Under the pieces are notes generated by a model. That model saw only the letters and a list, made by a program, of their open reading frames with translations. It did no database searches and had not been told where the DNA came from. Shown here piece after piece: positions 27,779 through 38,400 of a stretch of 64,000 nt of DNA; the stretch's first letter is position 1; every line of letters starts with the position of its first letter. This DNA is from an uncultured Gammaproteobacteria bacterium (GTDB taxonomy: Bacteria; Patescibacteriota; Microgenomatia; Levybacterales; UBA12049). The position numbers and the translations under genes are program-made. Location of the stretch: NCBI GenBank assembly GCA_964610465.1, contig CAZSWA010000005.1, forward strand, positions 8,456 to 72,455. The letters are read 5' to 3'.

Positions 27779-28750
27779 CTACAATCCGTATTTTTTGATA
27801 TTGGCAGCGTGTTCTTCAAATGTTTTTGCATAATGATTGTGGCCTGATTTGTCGGAGAGATAATACAGATAGGCAGTAGCCGGTGCATCAACAACTGCTT
27901 TTAATGCATCAAGACCAGGATTTGAAATTGGTGTTGGCGGAAGACCGGGATTGGCATAGGTATTAAAGGGAGAGCTAATTTTTAAATCATCCGCTGTTAA
28001 ATCCTTTTTCCACCAGGTTTTTTCTTCAGGTTGAAAACCCAACGCATATTGCACTGTTGCATCAATATCAAGTGCCATACCAAGATTGATTCTATTTAAA
28101 ATAACAGATGCAACAAGTGGCCTATCTTCTGCAAATTTTGCTTCCCGCTCGACAAGAGATGCAATTGTCACAATTTGCTGTTGTGATAAATTGCTATTTC
28201 TCCCATTGGGAATAGATGCATATTTTTTATCAAAATTATTTTTCAGTGTTGAGATTATCAAGTTAATATCAGCTTCTCTTGGGAAAAGATAGCTATCAGG
28301 GAAAAGATATCCTTCCTGTGTCTCAAGTTGTGCTCTCCAACTCTCCTGATAGGAGGAAAGTTTTTCTTTTAAAATATCTGCAATCTCATCAGCTCTTTTG
28401 CCTTCTGGAATAGTAACCCAGATATCAATCATCCCTTGAGTCAACCCTTGGGCAATATCTTTGGGAGACATGGAAGGAGAAAATTTAAAATCACCTACTT
28501 GAATTTTATTGCCAAGGTTTAGCTCTTTAACCAGGAGATAAAATATTATCGGGTCTTTTATCAAGCCTTCCTGTTTTAGTCCATTGGCAATTTCTCTGAC
28601 TCCTTCACCTTTTTGCACAGTAAATATTTTCTGCGTAGTATCTAAAGAATTTGCCGGTTTCAATCCATTTGCCCACCATAAATAGATACCAACAATTGCA
28701 ATACCAATAACTATAATGACCGTTATGATTTTATTCATATAATAATACAA
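27779..28750 (-). CDS. mltG: Endolytic murein transglycosylase MltG (YceG-like)
   Basis: N-terminal TM segment. YceG signature region LVEREAKFAEDRPLVASVILNRINLGMALDIDATVQYA ... YNTYANPGLPPTPISNPGLDALKAVVDAP. Confidence 0.8.
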   Translation of the reverse strand: MYYYMNKIITVIIVIGIAIVGIYLWWANGLKPANSLDTTQKIFTVQKGEGVREIANGLKQEGLIKDPIIFYLLVKELNLGNKIQVGDFKFSPSMSPKDIAQGLTQGMIDIWVTIPEGKRADEIADILKEKLSSYQESWRAQLETQEGYLFPDSYLFPREADINLIISTLKNNFDKKYASIPNGRNSNLSQQQIVTIASLVEREAKFAEDRPLVASVILNRINLGMALDIDATVQYALGFQPEEKTWWKKDLTADDLKISSPFNTYANPGLPPTPISNPGLDALKAVVDAPATAYLYYLSDKSGHNHYAKTFEEHAANIKKYGL

Positions 28751-30008
28751 GTGGAAAGTTTGGGATAGAGTCTACTGCTTCCTTGAGATTATATTCACTT
28801 TCTGCATATAATGTATAGAGGGTTTCTCCAATTTTTACTTCCTCGCCGATTTTTTTGTATAAATATATCCCGGCTTTTTTCACTTTTGGTGCACCCAGAA
28901 TTTTTGCAATACTGGAAGCATTTTTGCTATCAACTTTTTTTACTATTCCTTTTTTCTTTGCAAGTACCTGATAGGTATGTTTTCCTGGTTTAAGGTCATC
29001 ACTTTTTATACTGGAATTTCCACCTTGTACTTGTATTATCTCCATCATTTTTTTATAAGCGTGTCCGCTAGTAAGAATATACTCTGCCCATTTATAAGGA
29101 GTTTCAAATTCTTTTATGATTCTCTCTTTGAGTGTTTTGGGAGAATCATGGAGACATAACTCAAGAAGTATACTGGCAAGACCTAATGCTTTTTTCTCTA
29201 AATCATAGGGTTTGTCTTTGTGTTGTTCAAGTACCCGAAGTGCTTCACGAGCTTCAAGAACAGGGCCAATACCACGACCTGCAGGTTCATCAACTTTATG
29301 GACGAGAACTCTCAGTTTTACATGAAATCTTTCTGCCAGATACTCAAATCTCTTTTTCAATGCTTGCGCATCAGGAAGATTATGAACCTTTACATTATCA
29401 CCGTAAGGCAAGTCAATAACAATATGATTTGAGCTAAAGGCAATTTTCTTCGCCATAATAGACACAAGTATTTTATCAAAGCTTTCAAAAGACAAAGGTT
29501 TTTCAACTTCAATAAGAATATCATCAGCTGGTGCGATATCAACACTTCCGCCCCACACAATACACCCATTGGTTTTCTCAACAATACGATAAATTTCTTC
29601 TTTTGAGAAAGTAACAGGGCACAAGACTTCCATATCATCTGCTGTCCCGCCCGGAGTAGTGATTGCGCGCGAGGAACTTTTGGGAATGGTAAATCCGGCT
29701 GATGCGACAATTGGAATGACAATCATAGAAGTTCTTGTGCCAGGTACTCCGCCAATTGAATGTTTATCAGCAACAATACCTTTGAATGATAATGTATCAC
29801 CGGTGTCAATCATGGCTTTTGTAAGATAGTAGATTTCTTCGTTACTAAACCCTTTTGAGTAACCTGATGCGGCAAAATAAGTTGTGAGAACAGGACTAAA
29901 TTTTTTGTGGGCAATCTCATCCATTACCGCAAAAATTTCCTTATAGGTAAGTTGTTGGCCAACTAATTTCTTGCGTATTGCTTCAAGGGCTAATTCGTCC
30001 TCTGTCAT
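28731..30008 (-). CDS. Thymidine/pyrimidine-nucleoside phosphorylase family (glycosyltransferase family 3). It could be an AMP/thymidine phosphorylase of a nucleoside salvage pathway.
   Basis: HSIGGVPGTRTSMIVIPIVASAGFTIPKSSSRAITTPGGTADDMEVL matches the TP phosphate-binding and active-site core. Confidence 0.8.
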   Translation of the reverse strand: MTEDELALEAIRKKLVGQQLTYKEIFAVMDEIAHKKFSPVLTTYFAASGYSKGFSNEEIYYLTKAMIDTGDTLSFKGIVADKHSIGGVPGTRTSMIVIPIVASAGFTIPKSSSRAITTPGGTADDMEVLCPVTFSKEEIYRIVEKTNGCIVWGGSVDIAPADDILIEVEKPLSFESFDKILVSIMAKKIAFSSNHIVIDLPYGDNVKVHNLPDAQALKKRFEYLAERFHVKLRVLVHKVDEPAGRGIGPVLEAREALRVLEQHKDKPYDLEKKALGLASILLELCLHDSPKTLKERIIKEFETPYKWAEYILTSGHAYKKMMEIIQVQGGNSSIKSDDLKPGKHTYQVLAKKKGIVKKVDSKNASSIAKILGAPKVKKAGIYLYKKIGEEVKIGETLYTLYAESEYNLKEAVDSIPNFPLVLLYE

Positions 30009-30185
30009 AGATTACAAGCCTTTTATCTGATCCAGTGCAGATTTTACTGAAACCTTAATAAGATTAATAAGAAAATAGAAAGAAGTAGTAATAGCTTTAG
30101 AAATGTAAGGCCAAATTTTTACTGCAATTGACATGATTTGTCCTCTGTGGACTCGTTCATCAAAATCTGGCATATATTCTCCTTT

Positions 30186-30926
30186 TTACATTTTCTCAAG
30201 TTTTGCTTTAATAATCAACCTTTTCCATGTAGTTCCAGGAGGTGTGCAAGTAACAAGAGTGAGATAGCTATCAGTAAAGTCTTGAATGAGTGGAGAAGTG
30301 TCTGTGGCATCAACAATAGTTATAGAAAATATTCTATAGCTATAGGTAACATCTGCGACATGAGCCATGATAATATCATCTATTTTTAATGTATGAGCAG
30401 TTGCAAAAATCGCAGTATAGTCTTTGGGATTAAACCATTGAGGAAGAGTGGAATGTCCAAAAATTACTGCATTGCCTTTATTGGGTGGAATTGCCGTACC
30501 TGCATAATTTACCAGATGGTCTTTTAAATTATTATCAACTGTTGTGACTTCTGCATTTTCAATATTCAATTTTGGTATTGAGATTGTATATGATGAAACC
30601 TGTGAATCAACAGAACCATCCTCATATCCATTTTTTGCGGTAGGAAACCAGTTTTTCGCGTTGTTATAATCAATTCCGCGTAGAGAATTTTCAGTTGCTT
30701 CAAAAAGACTTTTTATAATATTGGGAGTCAAAATGGTAGTTCTTGGAATTGGTGCAACAATTTCCTCTGATGCAAACGCGGGCTGTAAGTAGAGTTGCCA
30801 TGAGATAAGAGGAAAAAACAAATAAAGTCCCAACACCAAACCCGTTATGATAAGACCAAGTCCTAAAAAATGGAGTACTTTTTTTGTAAAAAGTGTATCT
30901 CTTTTTGTGTAGATATATTTACTCAT
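30186..30926 (-). CDS. Sortase-family transpeptidase
   Basis: N-terminal TM anchor. Catalytic His region AVIFGHST. Signature TLxTC (YLTLVTCTPPG) with the catalytic Cys. Confidence 0.8.
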   Translation of the reverse strand: MSKYIYTKRDTLFTKKVLHFLGLGLIITGLVLGLYLFFPLISWQLYLQPAFASEEIVAPIPRTTILTPNIIKSLFEATENSLRGIDYNNAKNWFPTAKNGYEDGSVDSQVSSYTISIPKLNIENAEVTTVDNNLKDHLVNYAGTAIPPNKGNAVIFGHSTLPQWFNPKDYTAIFATAHTLKIDDIIMAHVADVTYSYRIFSITIVDATDTSPLIQDFTDSYLTLVTCTPPGTTWKRLIIKAKLEKM

Positions 30927-33333
30927 CAGATTTTATGGAAAGCGTTATATGTGAACTACTATGAGGAAGAGACTTTGGAATAAAAGGAATATAAGGGGAT
31001 AATTTGATATCACTGCTTTCAATTTGGGGAAGTGCTGAAAGGAGAGTAAGTGCATCTTTATATGATTTTCCTGCAAGTTTATTAATAATATCTTGTTGGT
31101 TGATATTGGGCAAAATACCAGCTTGTACGGCAATGGATGCGGCAATCTCTTTCTCATTTTTTTGTTTCATATTAGTAAATGAACTTTTAATACTTTTATC
31201 TGAGAAGGATGTGTCTGATGCATAATGTTTTCTTAAGAATTGTTGTGCAAAAGTTAGGACATCATCATTTTTGTATGCGATTCCCTGAAAGGTTACATCA
31301 GCGGTAAGTTTGACAGTAGTTGCCTGATCGCCTATATTTTTATCAACATTTGTTTTGCCAAGCGAACTGTTTATAATAATAGGAAGTACAGTTTGCCCGC
31401 TTTGCGCTTTTGAAGAAATATCGCTTTGCGCTTTATCCTGTAGGCTATTAATCACATCAGTTTTTAATTTATCAATATCAGCTTTGGCTACCACCGTTAC
31501 TGTCTTCTTGGTTCCTCCTGAAAAGGCACTGTCATTTTTCCCAGCAAGTGAACTGCTGCTTGCCACAGTAAATTTTGTTGCAGAAGGCAGATTGTAATCT
31601 GTTCCAATATCTTTGGCTGTCACTGTAACTTGTGCAGTTCCAGGTTTGGTTCCTGAAAAGATATCGCCAGAGGCTGAAGCAACATTTATGTCTTTATCTA
31701 AAGTAAATAACAAACCATTTGATGATTTAATTTGGGTTCCTGCACTTAATTGAGCATTAGAAGATACATCACTGTTATATATTGTGACAGTTCCCTTCGC
31801 AGGTGTTCCAACTTCCGTTTTGCCTGTTGCATTGGTTGAATCTGATCCACTTAATGTATCTGAAACGGATTGAGCAGCGATGATGTTATTGCCAAAATCA
31901 TTGGTACCATCAGTATTGAAAATCACTGAATCAGTTTGCTCAACTATTTTTGGCTTTATTGAAACAATGACACTCGCTTGTAATTTTGAACTATACAGAT
32001 AGTAAGCGCCTATAATTAAGAGAACAAGGATAACAATTCCTGCGATTGGTAATATGACACTATTTTTGCCGAAAGGGAGAGAAGGAAGGCGAGGGAGAGA
32101 AATTTTGTCCTTGAGTGACAAAAGATTAGATAAAAATGCAAAGTTTGCTGTTTTGCTTTTATAATCCCCACTACCAATTCGTGTTCTATTAGTTGATTGA
32201 ACAGTTTCATCAAATTGTTTGGGTTGCATATGCAATGTATTAGTATCTTCTTCATCCTCATCAGTTTCTTCTTTTTGTTCAGAGGATGAGTGGATAGTAA
32301 AATGAGGTTCTGTATCAATGGTATCTTCATCAATAGCATCTTTTCTTTCTGGATTTTCTTCATAGACTTCTTCAATATCTTTATCCATTACAAAACCAAA
32401 ATTATCCGAAGCGATATTTTTAGGAAGAGTATCTACTGGAGTTGTACTTGATAGAACCGGCGCATCTTTTATTTTCACCGGTTGTGAGGTATCAGACCCT
32501 AGAGGTGTTTCCGGTCTGGTTGCTACTTTCTGGTCGTAATTTTTGATTGTTTCAGACGGAGCATCAGACATGGAAGGCAGCATTTCAAGCCCCATTTGAT
32601 TTGCAGCACCCGCGACAACTGCTTTTGCATCAAAGTCAACAGGAAGTACGGTTATCTGAGGCATATGAAGGAAGGGAAGACTTTTACTCCACTGAAAGGA
32701 AATAAATTGTTGAGCGATATCTTCTGAATTTTGGGTGTGAAAAAGAATAATGCGGGAAGGGAGGACATCAATAGTGAAATGTTTAAGCTGCGTATCTACT
32801 GTCTGGGTAACTGATTCCTCTATAGGTCCGCTTATTGTTTCAAGATTTTTTCCGCCTCTTACAAGAGTAAGAGTTGTATTGGTATTTCCTATCTCAACGA
32901 GAACTGCTGAAATAGGTGCTCCTTCTTCTTCTTGCATGAGGTTGGCAATTGCCTCACTTATCACAATAAACCCCATGGGAGACAAATCAAGACTATTACA
33001 GACCTTTTTCAGTTTTGCAAGATACTCTTTTTTTATCTTTTTTTCTTCAACCCAATTTTCTTTGACGCCAAAAACCGTTTTGTGAGTTTCGATATGAGGA
33101 GGAAGTATCTCTTCTGCATGACTTATCGTCTTATCAATAGTTTCAATTAAGTCTTCAAGTTCAATTTCTTCAATTGACTTGCTGAACTTTTCGGTTTGCT
33201 TACTTAAGACTTTTATTTTACCTTCTGTTTCTTCAAGAATAACAGCACTTACTTTCTCATCATTGAGTAAGAGCGTGAGGTAATAGTCTGATTTGTCCTT
33301 ATTATTTCCAAATGAAGGTATAGGCAGTTTCAT
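30919..33333 (-). CDS. Bitopic membrane protein. The N-terminal cytoplasmic domain is actin-like (PilM/FtsA-like). It is followed by a single TM helix and a large S/T-rich extracellular region. Its last 8 nt overlap the start of the sortase gene.
   Basis: PilM/FtsA-like phosphate-2 region AVLVEIGNTNTTLTLVRGGKNLETISGPIEE. N-terminal DYYLTLLLNDEKVSAVILEE. TM segment ILPIAGIVILVLLIIGAYYLY. Confidence 0.45.
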   Translation of the reverse strand: MKLPIPSFGNNKDKSDYYLTLLLNDEKVSAVILEETEGKIKVLSKQTEKFSKSIEEIELEDLIETIDKTISHAEEILPPHIETHKTVFGVKENWVEEKKIKKEYLAKLKKVCNSLDLSPMGFIVISEAIANLMQEEEGAPISAVLVEIGNTNTTLTLVRGGKNLETISGPIEESVTQTVDTQLKHFTIDVLPSRIILFHTQNSEDIAQQFISFQWSKSLPFLHMPQITVLPVDFDAKAVVAGAANQMGLEMLPSMSDAPSETIKNYDQKVATRPETPLGSDTSQPVKIKDAPVLSSTTPVDTLPKNIASDNFGFVMDKDIEEVYEENPERKDAIDEDTIDTEPHFTIHSSSEQKEETDEDEEDTNTLHMQPKQFDETVQSTNRTRIGSGDYKSKTANFAFLSNLLSLKDKISLPRLPSLPFGKNSVILPIAGIVILVLLIIGAYYLYSSKLQASVIVSIKPKIVEQTDSVIFNTDGTNDFGNNIIAAQSVSDTLSGSDSTNATGKTEVGTPAKGTVTIYNSDVSSNAQLSAGTQIKSSNGLLFTLDKDINVASASGDIFSGTKPGTAQVTVTAKDIGTDYNLPSATKFTVASSSSLAGKNDSAFSGGTKKTVTVVAKADIDKLKTDVINSLQDKAQSDISSKAQSGQTVLPIIINSSLGKTNVDKNIGDQATTVKLTADVTFQGIAYKNDDVLTFAQQFLRKHYASDTSFSDKSIKSSFTNMKQKNEKEIAASIAVQAGILPNINQQDIINKLAGKSYKDALTLLSALPQIESSDIKLSPYIPFIPKSLPHSSSHITLSIKSDE

Positions 33334-33343
33334 ACTATTGTTG

Positions 33344-35263
33344 TTATCCCTCGACCGTCATATAAATTCTTCGTTGATTTTTGCCGAGGTTCTCCTGTCT
33401 TTCTATTTTAACTGATTTTAGCTCACCTGTAAAATTTACATGCGGTCCGCCGCAAAATTCAATTGAATATGCTTTCTGTGGCTCATTTTCCGAACCATCT
33501 TGTAGTGAGCCTGCCGAACCGCCAATAAAGTAAATTTTCACTTTATCACCATAGCTTTCTTCAAATAAACCAATAGCTCCCAGTTTGTACGCTTCTTCCT
33601 TTGGAAGTAATTTGTAATAGACTAGGAGATTCTCTTTTATTTTCTTATTGATGATATCTTCCACTTTTTTTATTTCCTCATCAGTGAGTTTTTTGTCATA
33701 ATTAAAATCAAAACGTACTCTTTCTGTTGTGATATTACTTCCAGTCTGATGAACTTTATTGCCCAAAATATCACGAAGCGCTTGATGGAGGAGGTGAGTT
33801 GCGGTATGTCCCATGATAGTTTTCTTCTCATGATCTGCCAAACCACCTCTGAATTTTTTCTCAATGCTTGCTCTTGAAACTTTCTGATGTTCCTGCTGCC
33901 ATAGCTGGATTGTTTTTCGCGCTTGCTCTTCTTTAAATTCGCTACCTAATTTTTGTTGAGCCAGATTAAAACTTTGATCAAACGGAAATCCTTGTGAAGA
34001 TTTTTCCTCAAAGGCTATAGTACCAGCTGCAACCGTAGCAAGAGAACTTAAACTATGAAGAGTAAGAAAAGATTCAAGAGGTATATCTATTCTAAACTTA
34101 TCCAATTGTGATTGGATATATATTGGATATTTATCTTCTGCTTCTAATAATTTTTCAACTCGGGGTGTTCCCTTAGCTATTGTTTCTCCATATAATTTTA
34201 ATTCATTTTCTATGACATCTACTATATTGTTTGTAAATTCATATCTTCCTGAATATACTTGTTTAAAATGCTCAAATGCTTTTCTCCACCAATTGAATGT
34301 ATTAGTGTGCTTTTTATCAGAAAGAAGAATGGTAAGTTGATCATTGGCTGTTCTAATTAATCGTCTCAGGACTGATTCCCGTTCATTTTTTCCAGGGAGA
34401 ATCCCATCATTAATAAGAAAAATTGAAGCTCTTGAATGATCGAGAAAAACCCTGATTCTTCTTTCTCTCGTTTCGTTAATTTCCTGATTGATTGATTTCT
34501 TTAATTCCTCATATAATGGGAGAAATAAGTCTGTTTGATAATTATTTTGTTTACCTTCAAGAACTGTAGTAATTCTTTCAAGCCCCATTCCTGTATCAAC
34601 ATTTCTTTGCTTGAGATGCTCATATGTCCCATCTTCTTTTTTATTAAATTCCATAAAAACATCATTCCATATCTCAACCCAGTTTGGATTTTTGTTTGGT
34701 TCTCCATGCGGTTTGTTTTTTCCTGTCCAGATAAACATTTCAGTATCAGGTCCACATGGACCTGTTTTGCCTACAGGTCCCCACCAGTTGTCTTTTTTAG
34801 TTCCTAAGAAAATTCTATCTTTTGGCATTCCAACTTTTCTCCAAATTTGAAAAGAGTCCTCATCCTTTGGAACGTCTTTATCTCCTGCAAAGACAGTAAC
34901 TGCTAATTTTTCTAATGGGATGTTGAGTTCTTTTGTTAAAAACTCAAAAGACCAGGTTATAGCATCTTCTTTCCAATAATCACCCAATGACCAATTCCCA
35001 AGCATTTCATAAAAGGTATGGTGAGTTGCATCGCCAACCTCAGCAATATCATCTGTTCTTAGGCATTTTTGTACATCTACTAGTTTTTTTCCTAAAGGAT
35101 GTGGTTTACCTAATAAATAAGGAACAAGAGGTTGCATCCCCGCTGTTATAAAAAGTGTTGTGCGGTCATTTTCCGGTGGAACAAGAGGAGCACTTGGAAT
35201 TCTTTTATGTCCTTTTTCTTCAAAAAAAGCAATATATTTGTCAATGATATCCTTTGCCGTCAC
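33344..35263 (-). CDS. alaS: Alanyl-tRNA synthetase, a short form. It has the catalytic, tRNA-binding and editing domains but no C-terminal C-Ala/DHHA1 domain. The start is probably the GTG at 35263 (minus strand) rather than the ATG at 35362 that the ORF track uses.
   Basis: TTLFITAGMQPLVPYLLGK, WNDVFMEFNKKEDGTYEHLKQRNVDTGMGLERI, editing HxxxH (GHTATHLLHQA) and CGGPHV. The first ~30 residues of the tracked ORF do not match AlaRS. The AlaRS-like N-terminus begins at TAKDIIDKYIAFFEEKGH. Confidence 0.85.
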   Translation of the reverse strand: MTAKDIIDKYIAFFEEKGHKRIPSAPLVPPENDRTTLFITAGMQPLVPYLLGKPHPLGKKLVDVQKCLRTDDIAEVGDATHHTFYEMLGNWSLGDYWKEDAITWSFEFLTKELNIPLEKLAVTVFAGDKDVPKDEDSFQIWRKVGMPKDRIFLGTKKDNWWGPVGKTGPCGPDTEMFIWTGKNKPHGEPNKNPNWVEIWNDVFMEFNKKEDGTYEHLKQRNVDTGMGLERITTVLEGKQNNYQTDLFLPLYEELKKSINQEINETRERRIRVFLDHSRASIFLINDGILPGKNERESVLRRLIRTANDQLTILLSDKKHTNTFNWWRKAFEHFKQVYSGRYEFTNNIVDVIENELKLYGETIAKGTPRVEKLLEAEDKYPIYIQSQLDKFRIDIPLESFLTLHSLSSLATVAAGTIAFEEKSSQGFPFDQSFNLAQQKLGSEFKEEQARKTIQLWQQEHQKVSRASIEKKFRGGLADHEKKTIMGHTATHLLHQALRDILGNKVHQTGSNITTERVRFDFNYDKKLTDEEIKKVEDIINKKIKENLLVYYKLLPKEEAYKLGAIGLFEESYGDKVKIYFIGGSAGSLQDGSENEPQKAYSIEFCGGPHVNFTGELKSVKIERQENLGKNQRRIYMTVEG

Positions 35264-35332
35264 ACACGTATTATAACATGAGCGTAAGCGTACATGTACT
35301 ATTATATATAGAGATAAAAAAGAAATGGGGGC

Positions 35333-35361
35333 TTGACAAATTAAAACGAGTATAGTATACA
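35333..35361 (+). promoter_or_regulatory. Sigma70-like promoter candidate TTGACA-N17-TATACA upstream of rpoB. It lies in the divergent alaS/rpoB control region.
   Basis: TTGACA at 35333-35338 and TATACA at 35356-35361, read directly. On the opposite strand a TGnTATAAT extended -10 sits ~7 nt upstream of the proposed alaS GTG start. Confidence 0.4.
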
Positions 35362-35431
35362 TACTATACGCTCTTACTTTTTAGATACAAGGGTAAAGCC
35401 CTGTGTATCTTTTATTGCTGTAATTAGAGTC

Positions 35432-38400
35432 GTGCCTGCCCAAGAGAGTTCAACGATGCCTAGGCAATCAGAAGTAAAAAACAACAAGACGAGTATAGTT
35501 AGACAAAACTGGGGAAAGACGTATTCAGTATTACCACCTCTTGATTTGTTGGAAGTACAAAGACAATCATATACATGGTTTGAAAATCATGGTATAAGAG
35601 AAGTACTGCAAGAAATTTCACCTGTTGATGATTTTACGGGCAAAAATTGGAGCCTTAGTTTTCATGAACACAAAATCGGCAAGCCTTCCATTACTCCAAA
35701 GACCGCACTTGCAAAAGGTCTCACCTACGATGCGCCTCTTACCGTCAAAGTTTCCCTCACCAATAAAAAAACCGGACACACAGAAACCACAGAAGTATTT
35801 TTAGGCGATATTCCTCAAATGACAGATAGAGGGACATTTATTGTCAATGGTATTGAAAGAGCTGTAGTAAATCAGCTTGTTCGTTCTCCTGGGGTTTTCT
35901 TCACCGGAAATCAAGATCCAATCACAGGCAAAACACTTTATTCTACAGAAATTCGTCCAATTCATGGTTCATGGCTTGAATTTTCAACTACAAGATACGG
36001 AACTATTACTGTCAAAATTGACAGAAGAAGAAAATTCTTAGTTACTACATTTTTACGCGCATTAGGACTTTCCGATAATGATGCAATCAAAGCAAAATTC
36101 CAGGAAGTCGAAGCAGGAGATAGAGCAGAATCATTTATTGAAAATACCCTTCAAAAAGATGAGACAGGGAGTGAGACAGAAGCAATTGTTGAGATATTTA
36201 AAAAAATGCATCCTGGAGAACCAATTGTCTTGGATAAAGTAAGAGAATACTTCACCAATCTTTTCTTTAACAACAGAAGATATGATTTGGGAGTTGTGGG
36301 AAGATACAAGATTAACAAGAGACTCAAATCAGTTCCTGGATTTAATTCCTCAGAAGAGAGAGTTTTAACCATTGATGATATTTTTGCAACAATTTCCTAT
36401 CTTATTATGCTTGAGCAAGGCCGTGGTGATGTCGATGATATTGATAGTCTTGCCAACAGACGTGTGAGAAGTGTTGGAGAACTCGTTACTATCAATGCCT
36501 TTAGAGTCGGAGTATTGAGAATTGAGAGAAGTATTAAAGAAAGAATGAGTCTTCTGCAGGCAGATGGTACCGTATCTGTTTCAAATCTTATTAATGCACG
36601 TCCTATCATGGCAGCAATTAATGAATTCTTTAGAACTTCACAACTTTCAACTATTCTTGATCAAACCAATCCGCTCTCAGAAATTGATAATTTAAACCGC
36701 TTAACTGTCATGGGAACCGGTGGTATTTCAAGAGAGAGAGCAGCCTTCTCAATTCGTGATATCAACAGCTCACAATATGGGAGAATTGACCCAATCAGAA
36801 GCCCAGAAGGTCCAAACATAGGACTTGTAACCTACATGTCACTTTATTCACGAGTTAACGATTACGGATTTCTTGAAGCACCATATAGAAAAGTAGAAAA
36901 AAGAAAAGTCGGAAATAAAGAGAAAGTATTTGTTACTGATGAAATTGTTTATCTTGATGCAGCTGATGAAAGAAGTAATTATATTACTCATGCAGGTATT
37001 ACTGTAGGTGACGATAACGAAATTCTCGATGAGAGAGTACCAGCACGCTACCATGGTGATTTTATGGAAGTTGATAGACAAATGATTAATTATATTGATG
37101 TTGTTCCACGACAAGTAGTTGGAACTTCTGCGTCTCTTATTCCTTTTATTGCTCATGATGAAGCAAACCGCGCACTCATGGGAACTCATATGCAATGTCA
37201 GGCAGTACCACTCGTGAAACCTTCAAGTCCAGTTGTAGGGACTGGAATGGAAACCACAATTTCTGAAGTAATGGGAAGAGTAGTAAAAGCACCATTTGAT
37301 GGAAAAGTAACCTTTGTTGATTCAGATAAAATAATTCTCGAAGGACAAAAAGGAGAAAAAGCGACTTTCTCTCTTGAAACATTCAGTAGAACTTCTCAAG
37401 CAACCTGTTATACCCAAAGACCACTTGTGAATGAAGGACAAATTGTCAAAAAAGGTGATGCGCTTATTGATGGTCCTTCCAGTCAAAATGGAGAACTCGC
37501 ACTTGGACAAAATCTTCTTATCGCGTATGCATCTCTTGACGGGTTAGGCTATGAAGATGCTATCGTTATTTCAGACAAGCTTGTCAAACAGGACGCGTTA
37601 TCATCAATTCATATTGAAAAATATGAAGCAGCAGTGGTTGAAACCAAACTTGGACCTGAGGAAACAACTCGAGATATTCCAAACATTTCAGAGGAAGATT
37701 TAGCCAACTTGGATGAGGAAGGAATTGTAGTTGTCGGAAGTGAAGTCGGTCCTGGAGATATATTAGTTGGTAAGATTGCGCCAAAAGGTGAAACAGAACT
37801 TACTGCAGAAGAAAGATTACTTCGCGCAATCTTTGGGGAACAAGCCCGTGAAGTACGGGATACTAGTCTTCGCATGCCACATGGTGAGCGTGGAACGGTA
37901 ATTAGTGTACAAATTCTTGATAGAAAAGAAGGCGATGAACTCGAGCCTGGAACTATTCGAAAAATTCTTGTAGAAGTTGCCCAATTCCGTCATGTAGTCG
38001 TAGGAGATAAACTTGCAGGACGACATGGCAACAAAGGTATTATTTCTCGTATTCTCCCAGTTGCTGATATGCCATACCTGACTGATGGAACTCCAGTTGA
38101 TATTGTTATTTCACCAATTTCAGTACTTGCTCGTATGAATTTAGGACAACTTCTTGAAGCACATCTTGGATGGGCTGCACAAAAATTGAATACAAAAATC
38201 GGTGTACCGGTATTTGAAAAAATAGATGAAGAGAAGATTGTTTCTCTCCTCACCCAGGCAGGACTTCCAGTCAATGGGAAAGCCCAACTTTTTGATGGAA
38301 GAACAGGAAGAGCATATGAAAATCCAGTTGTTGTCGGAATTGAATACATGATGAAACTTATTCACATGGTTGAAGATAAAACCCATGCACGTTCAACTGG

